Below are positions 29,580 through 39,521 of a DNA stretch of 64,000 bases, one piece after another. The DNA is from Fimbriimonadia bacterium. Lineage in GTDB: Bacteria; Armatimonadota; Fimbriimonadia; Fimbriimonadales; JABRVX01. The notes beneath the pieces are model-generated. The model ran no database searches. It had not been told where the DNA came from and saw nothing but the letters and a program-made list of their open reading frames with translations. Where the stretch lies: contig JBGPGO010000009.1 in the NCBI GenBank assembly GCA_041483895.1, positions 96,001 to 160,000 of the forward strand, written 5' to 3'. The first letter of the stretch is position 1, and every line of letters begins with the position of its first letter. The translations under genes and the position numbers were made by a program.

Positions 29580-32342
29580 CTATTCGGCAATCCGAACCGT
29601 AATGAAGATCACGACCTCCGAAGACACCTTGCTCTTCGAGCGATGCCTGAAGAACTGGCCGAGGACCGGCAGATCGGCAAGGATTGGAGTGTGCGTGATC
29701 GTTTCGATGTCCTCTTCCCGTATCAATCCGCCGATCACTAGCGTGGCGCCGTCGCGGAGGCGGACGGTGGTGTCCATGTAGCGCGTGGAGATCTGCGGCA
29801 GCTTTCCTCCGCCAGGTACGTCGTTGAATGCGGAGATCAGGCTGACCTCCGGATGGATCGCCAGGGTGATCCAACCGTCGGAGGAGACGCGGGGCACAGC
29901 GGCAAGTTGGATACCGGCATTTACGGTACCGATTTGGAAGGTGGTGCCCTGCGGCGTCTGGGACTGGCTCTCGATGTACTTCACCAGGTCGCCGATGAAG
30001 ATCTCGGTCTTTTCGCCATCGATGACCGACACCTTGGGACTGGCCAGCAGCCGAGAGCGCTTGTTGGTCACCAGCGCGTCCAGGAACCCGTTAATCGAGC
30101 CAAGGAACGAGCGTGGATTGAGCGACAGGTTGAACGCCTGCACGATCGGATCGCCGATGGGACCAAAGGTCTTGTTCCAGGAATTGCCGTTGGTTTGGTC
30201 GTTTCCGTTCGTGTTCGTCGAATTGCCGTTCTTGTCCGTGTTCGTCGTGTTGTTGTTCGTGCCGTTCGTTTGCGACTGGGTTGTCGTGACCTTTTCTACG
30301 GTCTGCAGGTTGAGGACGCCGTTGTTGAACACGTCCCACTGAATGCCGAGTTTATCGAGGTCGTCCCGGAGGACATCCATCACTTTCGCTTCGATCACGA
30401 CCTGCGGCGGGGCCTTGTCCAACCTCGTCATCATCTCGATGGCCTCATCCACGCGATCTTCGGTGCCCCGGACGATCAAGGTTCGCGGCCCGTGCGTGTT
30501 GCGCTTCTCGCCGGTCTTCTGAGCATTTGCAATATTGCCGAGCTGCTCGCTCTCATTGCCGCCCTGATTCCCGCCCTGATTGCCGGTCGGGCCGTTGGAT
30601 TGATTGCCGGCATTGCTGTTGCCGGCGCTCGGGGCCTTACCTGTGGTGCCGCCTGTGCCGGCGCCCGCCTGCGCGGCAACATCCAGCTTGGTGCCCGGGA
30701 GGTTCACTGCCGGCATGATTCCCGCCGCACCCAATCGGACCTGAACGCCGTTCACAAGCGATCCCGGTCCGGTGAAATAGGCCGCCAGGTCGCGGGAGTC
30801 GACATACTTCACTGTGTAGGTTTTCATCACAATCTGCTGTGCGGCGGTCGTAGGCTCCATTTCGGCGAGCATCCGGATCGCATCGTTCACCGCGTTCTTC
30901 GGACCCGCAAGGGAGATCTGTCCGGAGCCCATCGGCGTGGCCCGGACGCCCATCGCGTTGCCGCCGTTGTTGGTTAGCATGGCTTGAAGCTCCGTCGCAG
31001 TGAAGCTTCTCGAAACATAGAGCTGCGTCACGATCGGATCCGGAACATCAACCCGATCGAGAATCGCCATCGCTTGATTCACCAAGCCGCGAGGTCCCGT
31101 CACGATGATCTGACGCGTGCCTTGACCGGCGACCTCTTTGCTGGACGAGGTCTTGGAACCGACGCCATTCACGTCTTCCTTGGTCTCGTTTACGATCGAG
31201 GAGGAAAGCGAAGGCATGATGTCTTTGCCGCCAACCATCACGCTTATGCCGGGCACCAGGCTCTTCGACTTCGTCTTATCGTCGTCCACAAAGAGGCGCG
31301 CCAGGTCCGCGGCGTCCCGATACTTCGCGAAATAGATTTCGGTAACGACCCGCTGCTCTTCGCCCGGCTGCGGCGTGTCCGAACCCGTCCACCGGGTCAG
31401 GTATTCCGGCTTGCCCACGATGTAGGTGTTGCCTTCTTTCACATACTTGTAGCCGGAAAGCGTGGTGACCAAGTCGAGGGCATTCGTCAGCGATTCGCCT
31501 TTGAGGGAGATAGTGAGGTTGCCCGTCACGTCGGGCGCAGTCACGATATTGGAGCCGGTCTGGGCCGCGAGGGCTTTGAGTATCTGCACGATGCTTGTGT
31601 TCGTGAAATCCAATGAAACGCCAGGACCCTGCTCGCCGAAATTGGCGCGTTCCGTCCGATCGCCCTCTTCCGTCCGTTCCGCGACGAACTCGCCCTTCAC
31701 TTTTGGCTTGGGTTTGGCGGCGATGATGTTGGTCTTCTTTGTCTTTTTCTTGGGAAGCGCGCCGACGCCGTCCTGCATCTTGCCCATGCCATCGACCAGG
31801 TTTTCCTTGCCAGTGGCAACGATGACGGTCGGTTCAGCCGGTTTGCTCAGCCGCGCCGAGGCGGAGTCTCCCACTGGTGTTTGGATAGCCCCACTTGTCA
31901 GAGTCGGCTGTGCTGCCGTCTTCACTTTCGCGGCATGCCGATCCGGTGAGGTCGCTGGAACTTCGACGCCAATACCGATTACCCAGTCGCCGTTGGGCTC
32001 CTGCGTTACGGTCGGGGTCATGTTCGGGTCGATCCAGGCGAGAACGTTGACGACCGGAGGCTTGGAGGTGTACCAGCCGTACTGAACGTATCGAACCATT
32101 TTGTTCTTGATCGATACGAACTTCGAGCCGGTCTTCAGCGTTGCGGGAAAGGAGGCGATCCAGGCCCGGTTGCCGTTCTTTCTTGCCACCTTGGGTTCGG
32201 GTAGGTCATTGCCCGAGACGCGAACAATTGCTCCGTCTCCCTGCTTTGTCACGACCACCTTTGTGATCGTCGATTGGGTCCATCCAAATGTTGCCAGAAC
32301 CAGGCTGGCAGCGCATGCAACAAAAATCAAATATCGTCTCAC
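29580..32342 (-). CDS. pilQ: Secretin (PilQ/GspD family) with N-terminal extension
   Basis: STN-like VSLDF..ILKALA, N domains, PQVVIEAKV, LASPKVSV.DG, GATLVIGGLI and PILADLPVLGQFFR; GTG start at 32342. Confidence 0.9.
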   Translation of the reverse strand: MRRYLIFVACAASLVLATFGWTQSTITKVVVTKQGDGAIVRVSGNDLPEPKVARKNGNRAWIASFPATLKTGSKFVSIKNKMVRYVQYGWYTSKPPVVNVLAWIDPNMTPTVTQEPNGDWVIGIGVEVPATSPDRHAAKVKTAAQPTLTSGAIQTPVGDSASARLSKPAEPTVIVATGKENLVDGMGKMQDGVGALPKKKTKKTNIIAAKPKPKVKGEFVAERTEEGDRTERANFGEQGPGVSLDFTNTSIVQILKALAAQTGSNIVTAPDVTGNLTISLKGESLTNALDLVTTLSGYKYVKEGNTYIVGKPEYLTRWTGSDTPQPGEEQRVVTEIYFAKYRDAADLARLFVDDDKTKSKSLVPGISVMVGGKDIMPSLSSSIVNETKEDVNGVGSKTSSSKEVAGQGTRQIIVTGPRGLVNQAMAILDRVDVPDPIVTQLYVSRSFTATELQAMLTNNGGNAMGVRATPMGSGQISLAGPKNAVNDAIRMLAEMEPTTAAQQIVMKTYTVKYVDSRDLAAYFTGPGSLVNGVQVRLGAAGIMPAVNLPGTKLDVAAQAGAGTGGTTGKAPSAGNSNAGNQSNGPTGNQGGNQGGNESEQLGNIANAQKTGEKRNTHGPRTLIVRGTEDRVDEAIEMMTRLDKAPPQVVIEAKVMDVLRDDLDKLGIQWDVFNNGVLNLQTVEKVTTTQSQTNGTNNNTTNTDKNGNSTNTNGNDQTNGNSWNKTFGPIGDPIVQAFNLSLNPRSFLGSINGFLDALVTNKRSRLLASPKVSVIDGEKTEIFIGDLVKYIESQSQTPQGTTFQIGTVNAGIQLAAVPRVSSDGWITLAIHPEVSLISAFNDVPGGGKLPQISTRYMDTTVRLRDGATLVIGGLIREEDIETITHTPILADLPVLGQFFRHRSKSKVSSEVVIFITVRIAE

Positions 32343-32968
32343 TTCGTTACGCCCCCTCCGATTGCGAGTCGTATTTCCTTCCCCATGTGTTTCACAGATA
32401 CAAATCGATCGCTGATTGCGACAATCTTCGTATTCCCATCCACCTGCTGGCCTTGACGCGCCAGGACCTGCTGGCCGGATTCGTCTTTGAGCACGACCAT
32501 CGGCCGTGGTCCCAAAACGATGCCCGCGACATCCCATCCGCATCCGTTGAGGACCGGCTTTTCTTCGATCTTTGGCTGCCCCGGCGTGCCCTTGTTGGGC
32601 TCCGGGTCATGGAGCTGCGTGCCGATCGGCTTCAGGCCGCCGCCCGATTTGACGTGCGGAACGACCGGAGCCGAACCGTCCGACTTCGCAATCTTCTTCA
32701 TGTTCTCCATGATCGCCCTACGGCTGGCGTCCGTGTCATTGTTCGCACCGCTAACCGGAGCGAACGGATCATGCTTCTGGCCGCTCACCGCAACGACAAT
32801 GGGTTCTCCCTGACCGGCGGATTTCTCGTCGGTCCGATGTATGGCTTTGGTCCTTGCGTCATGGTTTGGGCGAGGCGTGTTCTTCGGGCCTTTCGTGAAT
32901 TGAAAGACCCCGACGCCGCCCAGCACAACAACAAGCGCCACCAATATGATCGCTTTCTTATCCCCCAC
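32339..32968 (-). CDS. PilP-position protein (membrane-anchored)
   Basis: N-terminal TM, HDPFAP and a C-terminal beta domain; located between pilO and the secretin. Confidence 0.65.
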   Translation of the reverse strand: MGDKKAIILVALVVVLGGVGVFQFTKGPKNTPRPNHDARTKAIHRTDEKSAGQGEPIVVAVSGQKHDPFAPVSGANNDTDASRRAIMENMKKIAKSDGSAPVVPHVKSGGGLKPIGTQLHDPEPNKGTPGQPKIEEKPVLNGCGWDVAGIVLGPRPMVVLKDESGQQVLARQGQQVDGNTKIVAISDRFVSVKHMGKEIRLAIGGGVTK

Positions 32969-33662
32969 CTTTGGCCTCCCCGCTACCGAAACTGGTGGTC
33001 GATGCGACCTCCGCGGGCTTCTGCTTGAAGATATATGCCCGCACGCTAAAGGTGACATCGAGCGAAGGCGGACCGGTCTCTCCGGGCAGCCTGTTCTTTG
33101 TCGTCACGGCCACAGATCGCACGGCGATTACCTTTGGAAAACTGCCGAGCCGTTTGAGAAAGTCGACTATCTCCGGGAATCGGCCGGAAGCCTGGATTTC
33201 GATATCCAACTCTTCGTATGGCTTCTTTTGCTCCTTGAGCTTATCGGCCTCTTCCTTTTTCTTGTCCTCATCCCCCTCTTTGGGGGCGCCGGCCTTTGCG
33301 TCCGTCGGCTTTGGCTTGGCCTTCTTGGCGATCGGCCGCACTCCGACGATCTTCAATCCCGATTCCGTGCAGAATCGCTCCATCTCACCAAGCATTGTCG
33401 GAACGTAGTCCCTTGTGGACACGTTCATTTCCAAATGCTGGAGCTTCATTCTGTTGTCAACGATTTGCGTGCGCAGACTGGTCATCTCGGCGCGGATTTC
33501 CGCGGGACCGCCAACCTCTTTGGCCATAGCGTCCGCCTCGTGCTTGGCATCGGACATCAGGCCCCCCTCAAAGTACATACCTGCTGCGGTCGCCAGAGCG
33601 GTAACGACCATGAGCAACACGAAAATCCGTTGGATCCGATTGAGGGTTTCAGCTTTTTGCAC
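32958..33662 (-). CDS. pilO: Type IV pilus assembly protein PilO
   Basis: TM, coiled coil and YEELDIEIQASGRFPEIVDFLKRL; AGGAGG RBS with GTG. Confidence 0.85.
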   Translation of the reverse strand: MQKAETLNRIQRIFVLLMVVTALATAAGMYFEGGLMSDAKHEADAMAKEVGGPAEIRAEMTSLRTQIVDNRMKLQHLEMNVSTRDYVPTMLGEMERFCTESGLKIVGVRPIAKKAKPKPTDAKAGAPKEGDEDKKKEEADKLKEQKKPYEELDIEIQASGRFPEIVDFLKRLGSFPKVIAVRSVAVTTKNRLPGETGPPSLDVTFSVRAYIFKQKPAEVASTTSFGSGEAKGGG

Positions 33663-34257
33663 CGGCGGCCTCCTTTTGATTGGGGTCGGGCTTGGCATCA
33701 CCGAAACTTATCTTTGTGTACACTTCGAACTCCACTCCCTGGGAAGCCACGTTCTGCTTTTCGCGCGTAAACTTCAACTCCATGTCGCCAAGGTCGGGGC
33801 TGTTGTTGAGGCGCATCATCGTTTCGCCCACCAACTCCTGATTGACAGCGATGCCGGTGAAAGTGACATCAACGTCTTCCGAATCCTGTTTGGACTGGCC
33901 AATTCGAATGCCTGTGAGCCAAGCCCCCTGCGGCATCTCCATGCTCAAGTGCTCCAGAATCCGGATCCACCGATCGGTGAATTTGCCCGCGTTTTGAAGG
34001 GTCGTAAGACGCGGCACCAGCATGGACAGTTCCTTCTTGCCTACGTCGAGAACATCAAGCTGCGGCTGTAGCGCGGCGTTCTTCGCCTCCAATTCGGCGA
34101 GCCGCTCGTTCTGCTTGTCCACCTGCCACAAGATGAAACCGAACGCGCCAACACAGACGAGCAGCTCCACTCCCCAAACCATCATGGTGAATCGCGTGCG
34201 CCGAATCCCGGCTCGCCGGGCAGACCTCTGTTCGGCAATTAGGTTGATTAACGGCAT
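33649..34257 (-). CDS. pilN: Type IV pilus assembly protein PilN
   Basis: INLI motif, TM, coiled coil and W..ILEHLS..MPQGAWL. Confidence 0.88.
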   Translation of the reverse strand: MPLINLIAEQRSARRAGIRRTRFTMMVWGVELLVCVGAFGFILWQVDKQNERLAELEAKNAALQPQLDVLDVGKKELSMLVPRLTTLQNAGKFTDRWIRILEHLSMEMPQGAWLTGIRIGQSKQDSEDVDVTFTGIAVNQELVGETMMRLNNSPDLGDMELKFTREKQNVASQGVEFEVYTKISFGDAKPDPNQKEAAGAKS

Positions 34258-34270
34258 CGATCTCCTCCTG

Positions 34271-35371
34271 TCACGCGGCCACCGCCTGTCGCCCGGGCCG
34301 TCTCATCGCCAATCCCGCGGCTACTCCGTAATCTTCGCCTCCAACATCCATGTCGTCGCTCGCAAATTGGAAGCGGCCTGTGTCCCAAACACCGAGGGCA
34401 ACGCAGGGAATTCCGAGCTTGTAGCCGATGTACTGGCCGATGCCGGGAACGCGGGAGCAGCCGCCCGTTGCGATCACCGTACTGACGGGCGCGCCGCTTC
34501 CACCTTCTGTATGCTGTGTCTGGTAATAGTTGATCGACCGGCGAATCTCTCGGACCAGCTCATCGACAATCGGCTGCAACAGTCGGAGTTCGGCGCTGTC
34601 TTGGATGTTGGCGTTCTCTTCGCACAGTTGGGCGAAATCCAATCTCCGCTTCGTCTCTTCCGCTTCCCCCGGGTTCGTCCGGAAATAGGTGGAAATGGCG
34701 TCCGTGAACGTCGCGCCGGCGATTGGTATCGAGCGGGTCAACGAGAACTGACCGTAGGCGATCATGCTGATGTGCGTGTGCCAGCCACCCATGTCAACGA
34801 GCGCGATCACCTCGTCTTTGTAGTTGTTGTCGGCCTGGTACTCGATGAGGGCGCGGTAGAGCGCGAAACCTTCGATGTCCACAAGCTCCGTGTCCAACCC
34901 CGCCAAACGGCAGGCGGTCACCCGGCTTTCGACCATCTCTTTCGGCGCGGCCACCACCAAGACGTCCATCTTGTTATCTTCGCAATCCCCGATGATCTCG
35001 AATTCAATGTAGCTGTCCTCAATGGACGATGGAACATATTTCCCGGCCTCGAACTTGATCGACTTCCGCAAAGAAGCCTCGTTCATCTTGGGCAGCTTCA
35101 CCGTTCGAACGATGACGGAAGAACCGGCCACGGCGATATTGGCGGTCGAGGCCGTGATGTCGTGGGCGCGGACCAGATCTCGGATTGCATGCCCCACGCC
35201 TTCGGTATCCACGACGACGCCGTCACGAACCGACTCGGTTGGCGACGGGAACGAGCCCGCAGCCAGAATTCTCCAGCCCCCGGGGCACGGCTCCAATTGG
35301 ACGGCCTTTAGGGTGTGGGTCCCGATATCGACGCCGACGTATGACTCTTTCGCAAAAGGGTTAAGGCCCAT
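34271..35371 (-). CDS. pilM: Type IV pilus assembly protein PilM
   Basis: VGVDIG..LKAVQL, LVDMGG, EIRRSINYY, TGGCS and VAAGLAMR motifs; ATG at 35371. Confidence 0.93.
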   Translation of the reverse strand: MGLNPFAKESYVGVDIGTHTLKAVQLEPCPGGWRILAAGSFPSPTESVRDGVVVDTEGVGHAIRDLVRAHDITASTANIAVAGSSVIVRTVKLPKMNEASLRKSIKFEAGKYVPSSIEDSYIEFEIIGDCEDNKMDVLVVAAPKEMVESRVTACRLAGLDTELVDIEGFALYRALIEYQADNNYKDEVIALVDMGGWHTHISMIAYGQFSLTRSIPIAGATFTDAISTYFRTNPGEAEETKRRLDFAQLCEENANIQDSAELRLLQPIVDELVREIRRSINYYQTQHTEGGSGAPVSTVIATGGCSRVPGIGQYIGYKLGIPCVALGVWDTGRFQFASDDMDVGGEDYGVAAGLAMRRPGRQAVAA

Positions 35372-35822
35372 CGGGACCCTCCTCGTATTCCTGTTCGTTT
35401 GTGAGGTCCGCCATGGACCGCGCGGCCAGCCAGTCGTCGAGCGCCGCCTTCGGGAAGCGCCATTTACCTTCCAGCTTGAACGCAGGCACCTGATGCGATT
35501 CGCACAATTGTTCAAGATCGCCGGCTGTGATGCGAACATATTTGGCCGCCTCGCGCAATGTCAAAACAGAGTGGGCGCCCCGGACGATTCCGCTCAACAG
35601 AATGCTTAGCTGCTCCGGGTCCAAAAACAGTTCCAAGCGAACGATGCTGCCGCCGAACACCTCTTTGTTTGGCGCGGCCGGCGGCGCAACGTGCAGAGCC
35701 GCGGAGCCGGCGGTTGCAGCCGATGTCGGCGGCTGTGGGATCACGGCCGCTGAGGTCAAGGAAGGATCCGTGACCGGCGTCGGATTCTTTGCAGCTTGTC
35801 TGATTGCGTCTACGAGTTGCAT
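35361..35822 (-). CDS. Helix-turn-helix (HTH_17/excisionase-like) DNA-binding protein
   Basis: VLTLREAAKYVRI..VPAFKLEGKWRFPKAALDDWL. Confidence 0.85.
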   Translation of the reverse strand: MQLVDAIRQAAKNPTPVTDPSLTSAAVIPQPPTSAATAGSAALHVAPPAAPNKEVFGGSIVRLELFLDPEQLSILLSGIVRGAHSVLTLREAAKYVRITAGDLEQLCESHQVPAFKLEGKWRFPKAALDDWLAARSMADLTNEQEYEEGPDGP

Positions 35823-35825
35823 CTC

Positions 35826-36641
35826 CTACCAGTCCTTCCCGTCAAAGTCTTGAATAATTCCGTGCATGGTCACGCCATCGATGCGCTGCGACTTTTGCGA
35901 CATCGCAACCAAAAGGGCGTTGTCGGCGAGCTGACTGATGATCCGGGGAGTACCTTCCGTGTACTTGTGTATCTCGTAAACGGCATCGGGCAAAAACGGG
36001 GACATCTCGCCGAGGTACCCGGCTATGCGCAATCTGTGCATGATCATCTCGCCCGTCTCGTTCTGATCCAGCCCCTTGAGCTCGTATCGAATGGAAAGGC
36101 GCTGTTTGAGGGCAGGCACCTTCTCGATCTTGCGTTTGATCTCTAGCTGGCCCATAAGGAGCAGGCTGAGAAGAAACTGATCGTTCATCTGGCAGTTGAG
36201 CAGCAGGCGCAATTCCTCAAAGGTGCTCGTCTGCTTGATCAGGTGCGCCTCGTCCACGATCAGAACAATCTGCTGACCACGCTCGTAAGCGCAGAGCAGA
36301 TGATTGTGCAGCGTGTTCACGAGTGTCTGCCGGTTTTTTGAATTCGTCGTGACCCCAAGCTGCGACAGGATTTCCTGGTGCATTTGCGAGGGGCTAAGAA
36401 CAGGGTCGACGATCAGGACCACCTTATAGGCGACCGGATCGAGCAGCTCCAGCAGCTTGCGGCTGACGGTTGTCTTTCCATATCCGATATCTCCGCACAG
36501 CATGGCCGCACCCTTGTTTCGCGTGATGGCATAGTGCAACATCATCAGCGCATCCTCGTGCTTGCGACTCAAGTACAAGAAGCGGGGGTCTGGTGTTAGG
36601 CTGAACGGTGGCTCATTGAGGCCCCAGTACTGTTCGTACAT
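35826..36641 (-). CDS. ExeA/GspA-family AAA ATPase
   Basis: MYEQYWGL..PF..TPDP.F, GDIGYGKTT, LIVDEAH, ALKQR and GTPRII motifs. Confidence 0.92.
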   Translation of the reverse strand: MYEQYWGLNEPPFSLTPDPRFLYLSRKHEDALMMLHYAITRNKGAAMLCGDIGYGKTTVSRKLLELLDPVAYKVVLIVDPVLSPSQMHQEILSQLGVTTNSKNRQTLVNTLHNHLLCAYERGQQIVLIVDEAHLIKQTSTFEELRLLLNCQMNDQFLLSLLLMGQLEIKRKIEKVPALKQRLSIRYELKGLDQNETGEMIMHRLRIAGYLGEMSPFLPDAVYEIHKYTEGTPRIISQLADNALLVAMSQKSQRIDGVTMHGIIQDFDGKDW

Positions 36642-36805
36642 TCACATCCTCCCGGCAGGACTCACAGCAGGATTATCGTCACGGGGCGGAGGAAGCTATA
36701 GGCGGTTTTTAGCTTTGGGGACCGGTTCCTACGGGGGTGCGGTTTTCAACCAAGTGGTCTTAACAGGTTCCTGATTTCGGTTCTTGTAAGGCTGGGATCG
36801 GATAA

Positions 36806-36843
36806 ATAGGACATATAGGTCCCATACGACCGATATGTCCTAT
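36806..36843. repeat. 9-mer tandem repeat (4 units)
   Basis: ATAGGACAT ATAGGTCCC ATACGACCG ATATGTCCT. Confidence 0.75.
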
Positions 36844-36881
36844 TCTGCAGGCCATGCCAGGCTATCGGGTACCGTTGGGGT

Positions 36882-37691
36882 GTGTCGGAGTTTTGGCTGT
36901 TCGTCGTCGGGTTGGGTGTTGGATTGGTGGGGACGCTCGTTGGGGCTGGGGGAGGGTTTTTGCTCGTTCCGCTCCTCCTGTTCGTCTATCCTCATGACTC
37001 GCCGGAAAGAATCACCGCGATTTCGCTGGCCGTCGTGTTTTTCAATGCCGCGTCGGGCTCGGTTGCCTACCACCGAATGGGGCGGATCGATTACCGATCC
37101 GGGCTTCTCTTCAGCTTGGCGACGATTCCAGGGGCGATTGGGGGAGCTTTGGTGACCAGCTTCATCCCGCGACGCACCTTCGACGGGATATTTGGCGTTG
37201 TACTGGTCTGCATTGCCGCCGCCCTGTTCCTCCGGCCGGAGAAGGCTGACCGTAAACCCACCGCGCCGACGGCGGGTCATACCCACCGAGAGATCGTGGA
37301 TCGCGACGGCACTGTCCATCGTTACTCGTACGACCTCAAGCTTGGGATGGCAATCAGCGTTGGAGTGGGTTTCTTGTCCAGCCTTCTTGGGATTGGCGGT
37401 GGCATCATCCACGTCCCCGCGCTCGTCCACATTCTCGGTTTTCCCGTCCATCTGGCGACGGCAACCTCCCACTTCATCCTGGCGATCACGGCGCTGACCG
37501 GAACATTGACGCATTTGTCCCAAGGCTCGCTTGCCGGGACGTTCGGGAGAATTTTGCCCCTCGCCATCGGAGTTCTCATCGGCGCGCAGGCCGGAGCGCC
37601 GCTATCCAACCGGATCCATGGACGCAACATCGTTCGGGTACTGGCTGTGGCGTTGGCGTTCGTCGGAGTGCGCTTACTGGCCGGTCGCTAA
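36882..37691 (+). CDS. Sulfite exporter TauE/SafE family membrane protein
   Basis: GTLVGAGGGFLLVP and SSLLGIGGGIIHVP repeats; ATATSHF. Confidence 0.92.
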   Translation: MSEFWLFVVGLGVGLVGTLVGAGGGFLLVPLLLFVYPHDSPERITAISLAVVFFNAASGSVAYHRMGRIDYRSGLLFSLATIPGAIGGALVTSFIPRRTFDGIFGVVLVCIAAALFLRPEKADRKPTAPTAGHTHREIVDRDGTVHRYSYDLKLGMAISVGVGFLSSLLGIGGGIIHVPALVHILGFPVHLATATSHFILAITALTGTLTHLSQGSLAGTFGRILPLAIGVLIGAQAGAPLSNRIHGRNIVRVLAVALAFVGVRLLAGR

Positions 37692-37970
37692 CGCCACTTG
37701 GAACGGCCAGACCTCGACGGTAAACACGCCCCTGACGATCGCCGGATCGTTCGCGGCGATCTCCTGAGCGGCGGCCAGGTCGTCGGCCTTGAAGACGGCA
37801 ATTCCGAACTCCGCATCCTCTCGGCGGCCTGCGAGGTAGAGCGTGCCGGCTTCCAGCATCTGCTTTAAGTACTGGAAGTGCTCGCCGACGGCTTCCAACT
37901 CTTCCGGCGTGCCGTCTGCCGGGAAGGTGGGTCGGGGCGGACGGACCATATAAAGAAAGTCGGGCGTATG
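37674..37970 (-). CDS. YciI family protein (start uncertain)
   Basis: HFQYL..L..G.L.LAGR and A.NDPAI..G motifs; the MPALP N-terminus in the ORF track comes from a repeat. Confidence 0.8.
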   Translation of the reverse strand, partial: HTPDFLYMVRPPRPTFPADGTPEELEAVGEHFQYLKQMLEAGTLYLAGRREDAEFGIAVFKADDLAAAQEIAANDPAIVRGVFTVEVWPFQVALATGQ

Positions 37971-37983
37971 ATTCCGTTCCAGG

Positions 37984-38081
37984 GGGAGCGCCGGCATCCT
38001 GCCGGCGTCGCATCGGAAATATCGGACTTACAGGACGTATGGGTCGCATAGGTCGTATGCCGGCTGGAAGCCAGCGCTCCC
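37984..38081. repeat. Composite element: inverted REP-like pair flanking a 9-mer tandem array
   Basis: GGGAGCGCCGGCATCCTGCCGGC ... ATCGGACTT ACAGGACGT ATGGGTCGC ATAGGTCGT ... GCCGGCTGGAAGCCAGCGCTCCC. Confidence 0.85.
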
Positions 38082-39461
38082 CTATTTGGCGGCGAAGCTC
38101 AGCAATAGCAGCAGGCTGTTGTAGGTCCCGTGCATGACGATGCAGGCGAGCAGGCTGCGCCGTTCCCGGAGCAGGAGGCAGGACACCAGTCCGACCCCGG
38201 CGATGGAGAGATAGCCGGCAAAAAGCTGGGGATGAACGATGGCGAACGCGACGGATGACAAGATGGCCGCCGGCCAGAAACGGCCGAGCCGTCGCCACAA
38301 TCCCATGAACAGCGCCCCGCGAAACAGCAGCTCTTCCGTTACCGGCGCTACGACGCTGGCTTCGAAGAAGATAACAATCCACTTGAGCCACGACCCGTTC
38401 TGCGCGATCTCTTGCGAAATCGGGTGGGGCGCTTGCGGCAGTCCGTAGAATAGCGGGATGGAGATGAAATAGCCGACCACCGCGGCAAATACGGCAACAG
38501 CGGCTCCGCAGATGCCCCAAACGACATTTGCCTTCCAATCGCGAAGATGCCAGCCGATGGTTTCAAGATTAAGACCGACGCGGTGGGCCACTCGTCTGAG
38601 ATAGTACAGCGTTACCGCAAATGCGGCAATGGCGATCAGCAATTGGTAGTCCAGCGCGGCTTCGATCCCGGATTTGCCGCCCAGTTGAGACACGATGGAG
38701 ACGAACGCTCCGGCGATGCCGATCGAAGCAAGGAGATAGAGGATGAACACCTCGCCGAGCCCGTCGGCAGCGCCCTTGTCCGGGATGTCGGGTGGGTAGA
38801 AGGAGAACCCCAATCGGTATATGGCATAGCCCAGCGCCAATGCCAATCCAGCGGCCATCGCGAGTAAATACAAGCCGACGGTCGTCGCCTCCCAGGGTTT
38901 GTTCGACTGATCCTTCGCCGTCGCCGCTTTCCGTTCTTTCGCAGCCAGTTTGCCGCGGCCGGTGCGTTCGAGCAATGCCCAGCGGGCAATCTTTCGCACG
39001 GAGGGCAGGTCGTACTTGTCGAGCAGCTTTTCGGCCTCTGGGATTTCTCCGGGCAAAAACCGCTTGGCGCCATAGATCTTTTCCCACAGTTGCGTGAGTT
39101 GCCTTCCGGTCTCCCCTCCCGCCATTTCATCCTGCAGCGCGACCGTCTTTCGCGCATTGCCGAGACTGAATTCAAATTGGATCGAGGCGGCGACGCGAAG
39201 TGCCGGATTTCTTGTTGGGCCCTTGGTTTTCAGAAGCTCGTCCACGATGGGCCGCAATTTCGGGCCGTATGTATCTGAAGGAGACCCGATTGAATCCGCG
39301 ACGGCGCTATCAGCTCCCTGAAGGGCGGGATCCTCGCGGCCGAAAAGCTCTCCAGCGAATTGCAAAAGAATCAGGAAGGCGACGACCACCCAAATCCAAG
39401 GTCGCTCGGGGCTTGCCTGCCTGCTTTCCGGCGGGGGCGCATCGATCGGATCGAATTCCAC
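38082..39461 (-). CDS. CPBP (CAAX/Abi) family intramembrane metalloprotease with N-terminal soluble domain
   Basis: APVTEELLFRG, FAIVH and HGTYN motifs. Confidence 0.9.
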   Translation of the reverse strand: MEFDPIDAPPPESRQASPERPWIWVVVAFLILLQFAGELFGREDPALQGADSAVADSIGSPSDTYGPKLRPIVDELLKTKGPTRNPALRVAASIQFEFSLGNARKTVALQDEMAGGETGRQLTQLWEKIYGAKRFLPGEIPEAEKLLDKYDLPSVRKIARWALLERTGRGKLAAKERKAATAKDQSNKPWEATTVGLYLLAMAAGLALALGYAIYRLGFSFYPPDIPDKGAADGLGEVFILYLLASIGIAGAFVSIVSQLGGKSGIEAALDYQLLIAIAAFAVTLYYLRRVAHRVGLNLETIGWHLRDWKANVVWGICGAAVAVFAAVVGYFISIPLFYGLPQAPHPISQEIAQNGSWLKWIVIFFEASVVAPVTEELLFRGALFMGLWRRLGRFWPAAILSSVAFAIVHPQLFAGYLSIAGVGLVSCLLLRERRSLLACIVMHGTYNSLLLLLSFAAK

Positions 39462-39521
39462 GGGAGGCTAATACCTGATTTCGGCAGGTTCTCCTTTGTT
39501 GCGCGTTGAAATGGGGCCCTC

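Noticed and set aside
35361..35822. Prophage or ICE excisionase
   Set aside because: Embedded in and translationally coupled to the pil operon; no integrase or phage genes nearby.
37971..37997. MPALPLERN N-terminus of the YciI ORF
   Set aside because: The ATG lies inside the GCCGGCAGGATGCCGGC repeat; the true start is probably downstream.
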